The translations under genes and the position numbers were made by a program. A DNA stretch of 24,904 nucleotides from Omnitrophica bacterium RIFCSPLOWO2_12_FULL_50_11 (lineage in GTDB: Bacteria; Omnitrophota; Omnitrophia; Omnitrophales; Danuiimicrobiaceae): contig MHFT01000010.1 of the NCBI GenBank assembly GCA_001804315.1, forward strand, positions 1 to 24,904, written 5' to 3'. The stretch's first letter is position 1, and every line of letters starts with the position of its first letter. The notes under the pieces are model-generated. The model was given only the letters and a program-made list of their open reading frames with translations. It was not told where the DNA came from and searched no databases. Shown piece after piece: positions 24,474 through 24,904 of this stretch.

Positions 24474-24904
24474 CTACGATTGCCCAACAGTGGCGAGGAA
24501 TGTTTCCATCGCAATCGTAGGCTCGCAGGCGCCGGTTTTGACCTTCCAATCAGTTTCCCACAGTTCGTTGAGAAGCTGCTCGAGTGTTTCGAGGTCAAAC
24601 TGTCGCACTTGATTGAGGAACACTTGAAGGCGAAAAGGCGGAATCCTGACCGCCCGAGCGACGTCGTCGCGGCTTCCCCCACGCGCCAAAATTTTCTTTG
24701 CCTGCCAAATCCGCTTAAGCTGCCAATGGATGAGCCCAATGGTACTGACCACATCACCGCTTAAATCACAGAAATAATGCAAAATCTTGATCGCTTCGCT
24801 CGTATCCTTCCGGGCAAGTGCATCAGCCAAATCAAACGGTTCATACCGGAGCCATTCGATCGCGAGTTTTTCGACCGCTCTTTCATCAATGGTCTCACCG
24901 TCCG
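24474..24904 (-). CDS. holA: DNA polymerase III delta subunit, C-terminal part (5' end beyond the window)
   Basis: The C-terminal region ...LKRIWQAKKILARGGSRDDVARAVRIPPFRLQVFLNQVRQFDLETLEQLLNELWETDWKVKTG is typical of HolA. It is convergent with rpsT, a common neighbourhood. Confidence 0.7.
   Translation of the reverse strand, partial: DGETIDERAVEKLAIEWLRYEPFDLADALARKDTSEAIKILHYFCDLSGDVVSTIGLIHWQLKRIWQAKKILARGGSRDDVARAVRIPPFRLQVFLNQVRQFDLETLEQLLNELWETDWKVKTGACEPTIAMETFLATVGQS

Noticed and set aside
1-24904. Search for tRNA, rRNA, tmRNA or RNase P genes
   Set aside because: No T-loop (GGTTCGAATCC-like) or D-loop-like, or otherwise characteristic conserved motifs, were found by eye. The dense CDS coverage leaves little room. 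None is reported.

Overview
This is a roughly 25-kb bacterial chromosomal window. Long same-strand gene runs are tightly packed, often with 4-bp start/stop overlaps, and ribosome-binding sites are of the GGGAGG type.

The minus-strand housekeeping backbone is lysS-lolC/E-lolD-ilvE-mcsA-mcsB-clpC at 1-8576 and prfB-secA-lnt at 9754-16091. prfB carries its programmed +1 frameshift. The lnt gene encodes an unusual protein: Lnt, an extra transmembrane helix, then an HExxH peptidase-like C-terminal domain.

The right third of the window looks accessory. It holds a decayed DUF1016/YhcG-like nuclease gene, then an AT-rich five-gene plus-strand island (lipoprotein, SPFH/band-7, two membrane proteins, a DUF3592 protein). 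After that comes a promoter-bearing single-gene cassette encoding a DUF4143 AAA ATPase. The cassette is bracketed by a ~68-bp direct repeat that duplicates the 3' coding end of the adjacent uvrC. rpsT and a partial holA follow.

Beyond the genes, the window has a lot of nucleic-acid-level structure:
- a four-copy family of hairpin-rich MITE/REP-like elements, two of which fill both intergenic spacers of the mcsA-mcsB-clpC operon;
- a perfect 56-bp palindrome inserted in-frame inside lnt;
- a 25-bp perfect-stem hairpin that base-pairs the lnt Shine-Dalgarno;
- a 235-bp cluster of six stem-loops between two convergent genes;
- a perfect 102-bp in-frame tandem duplication in the lipoprotein gene;
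- several genes whose -10 box directly abuts the start codon, which is a leaderless-mRNA signature.

No tRNA, rRNA or CRISPR array was recognised.
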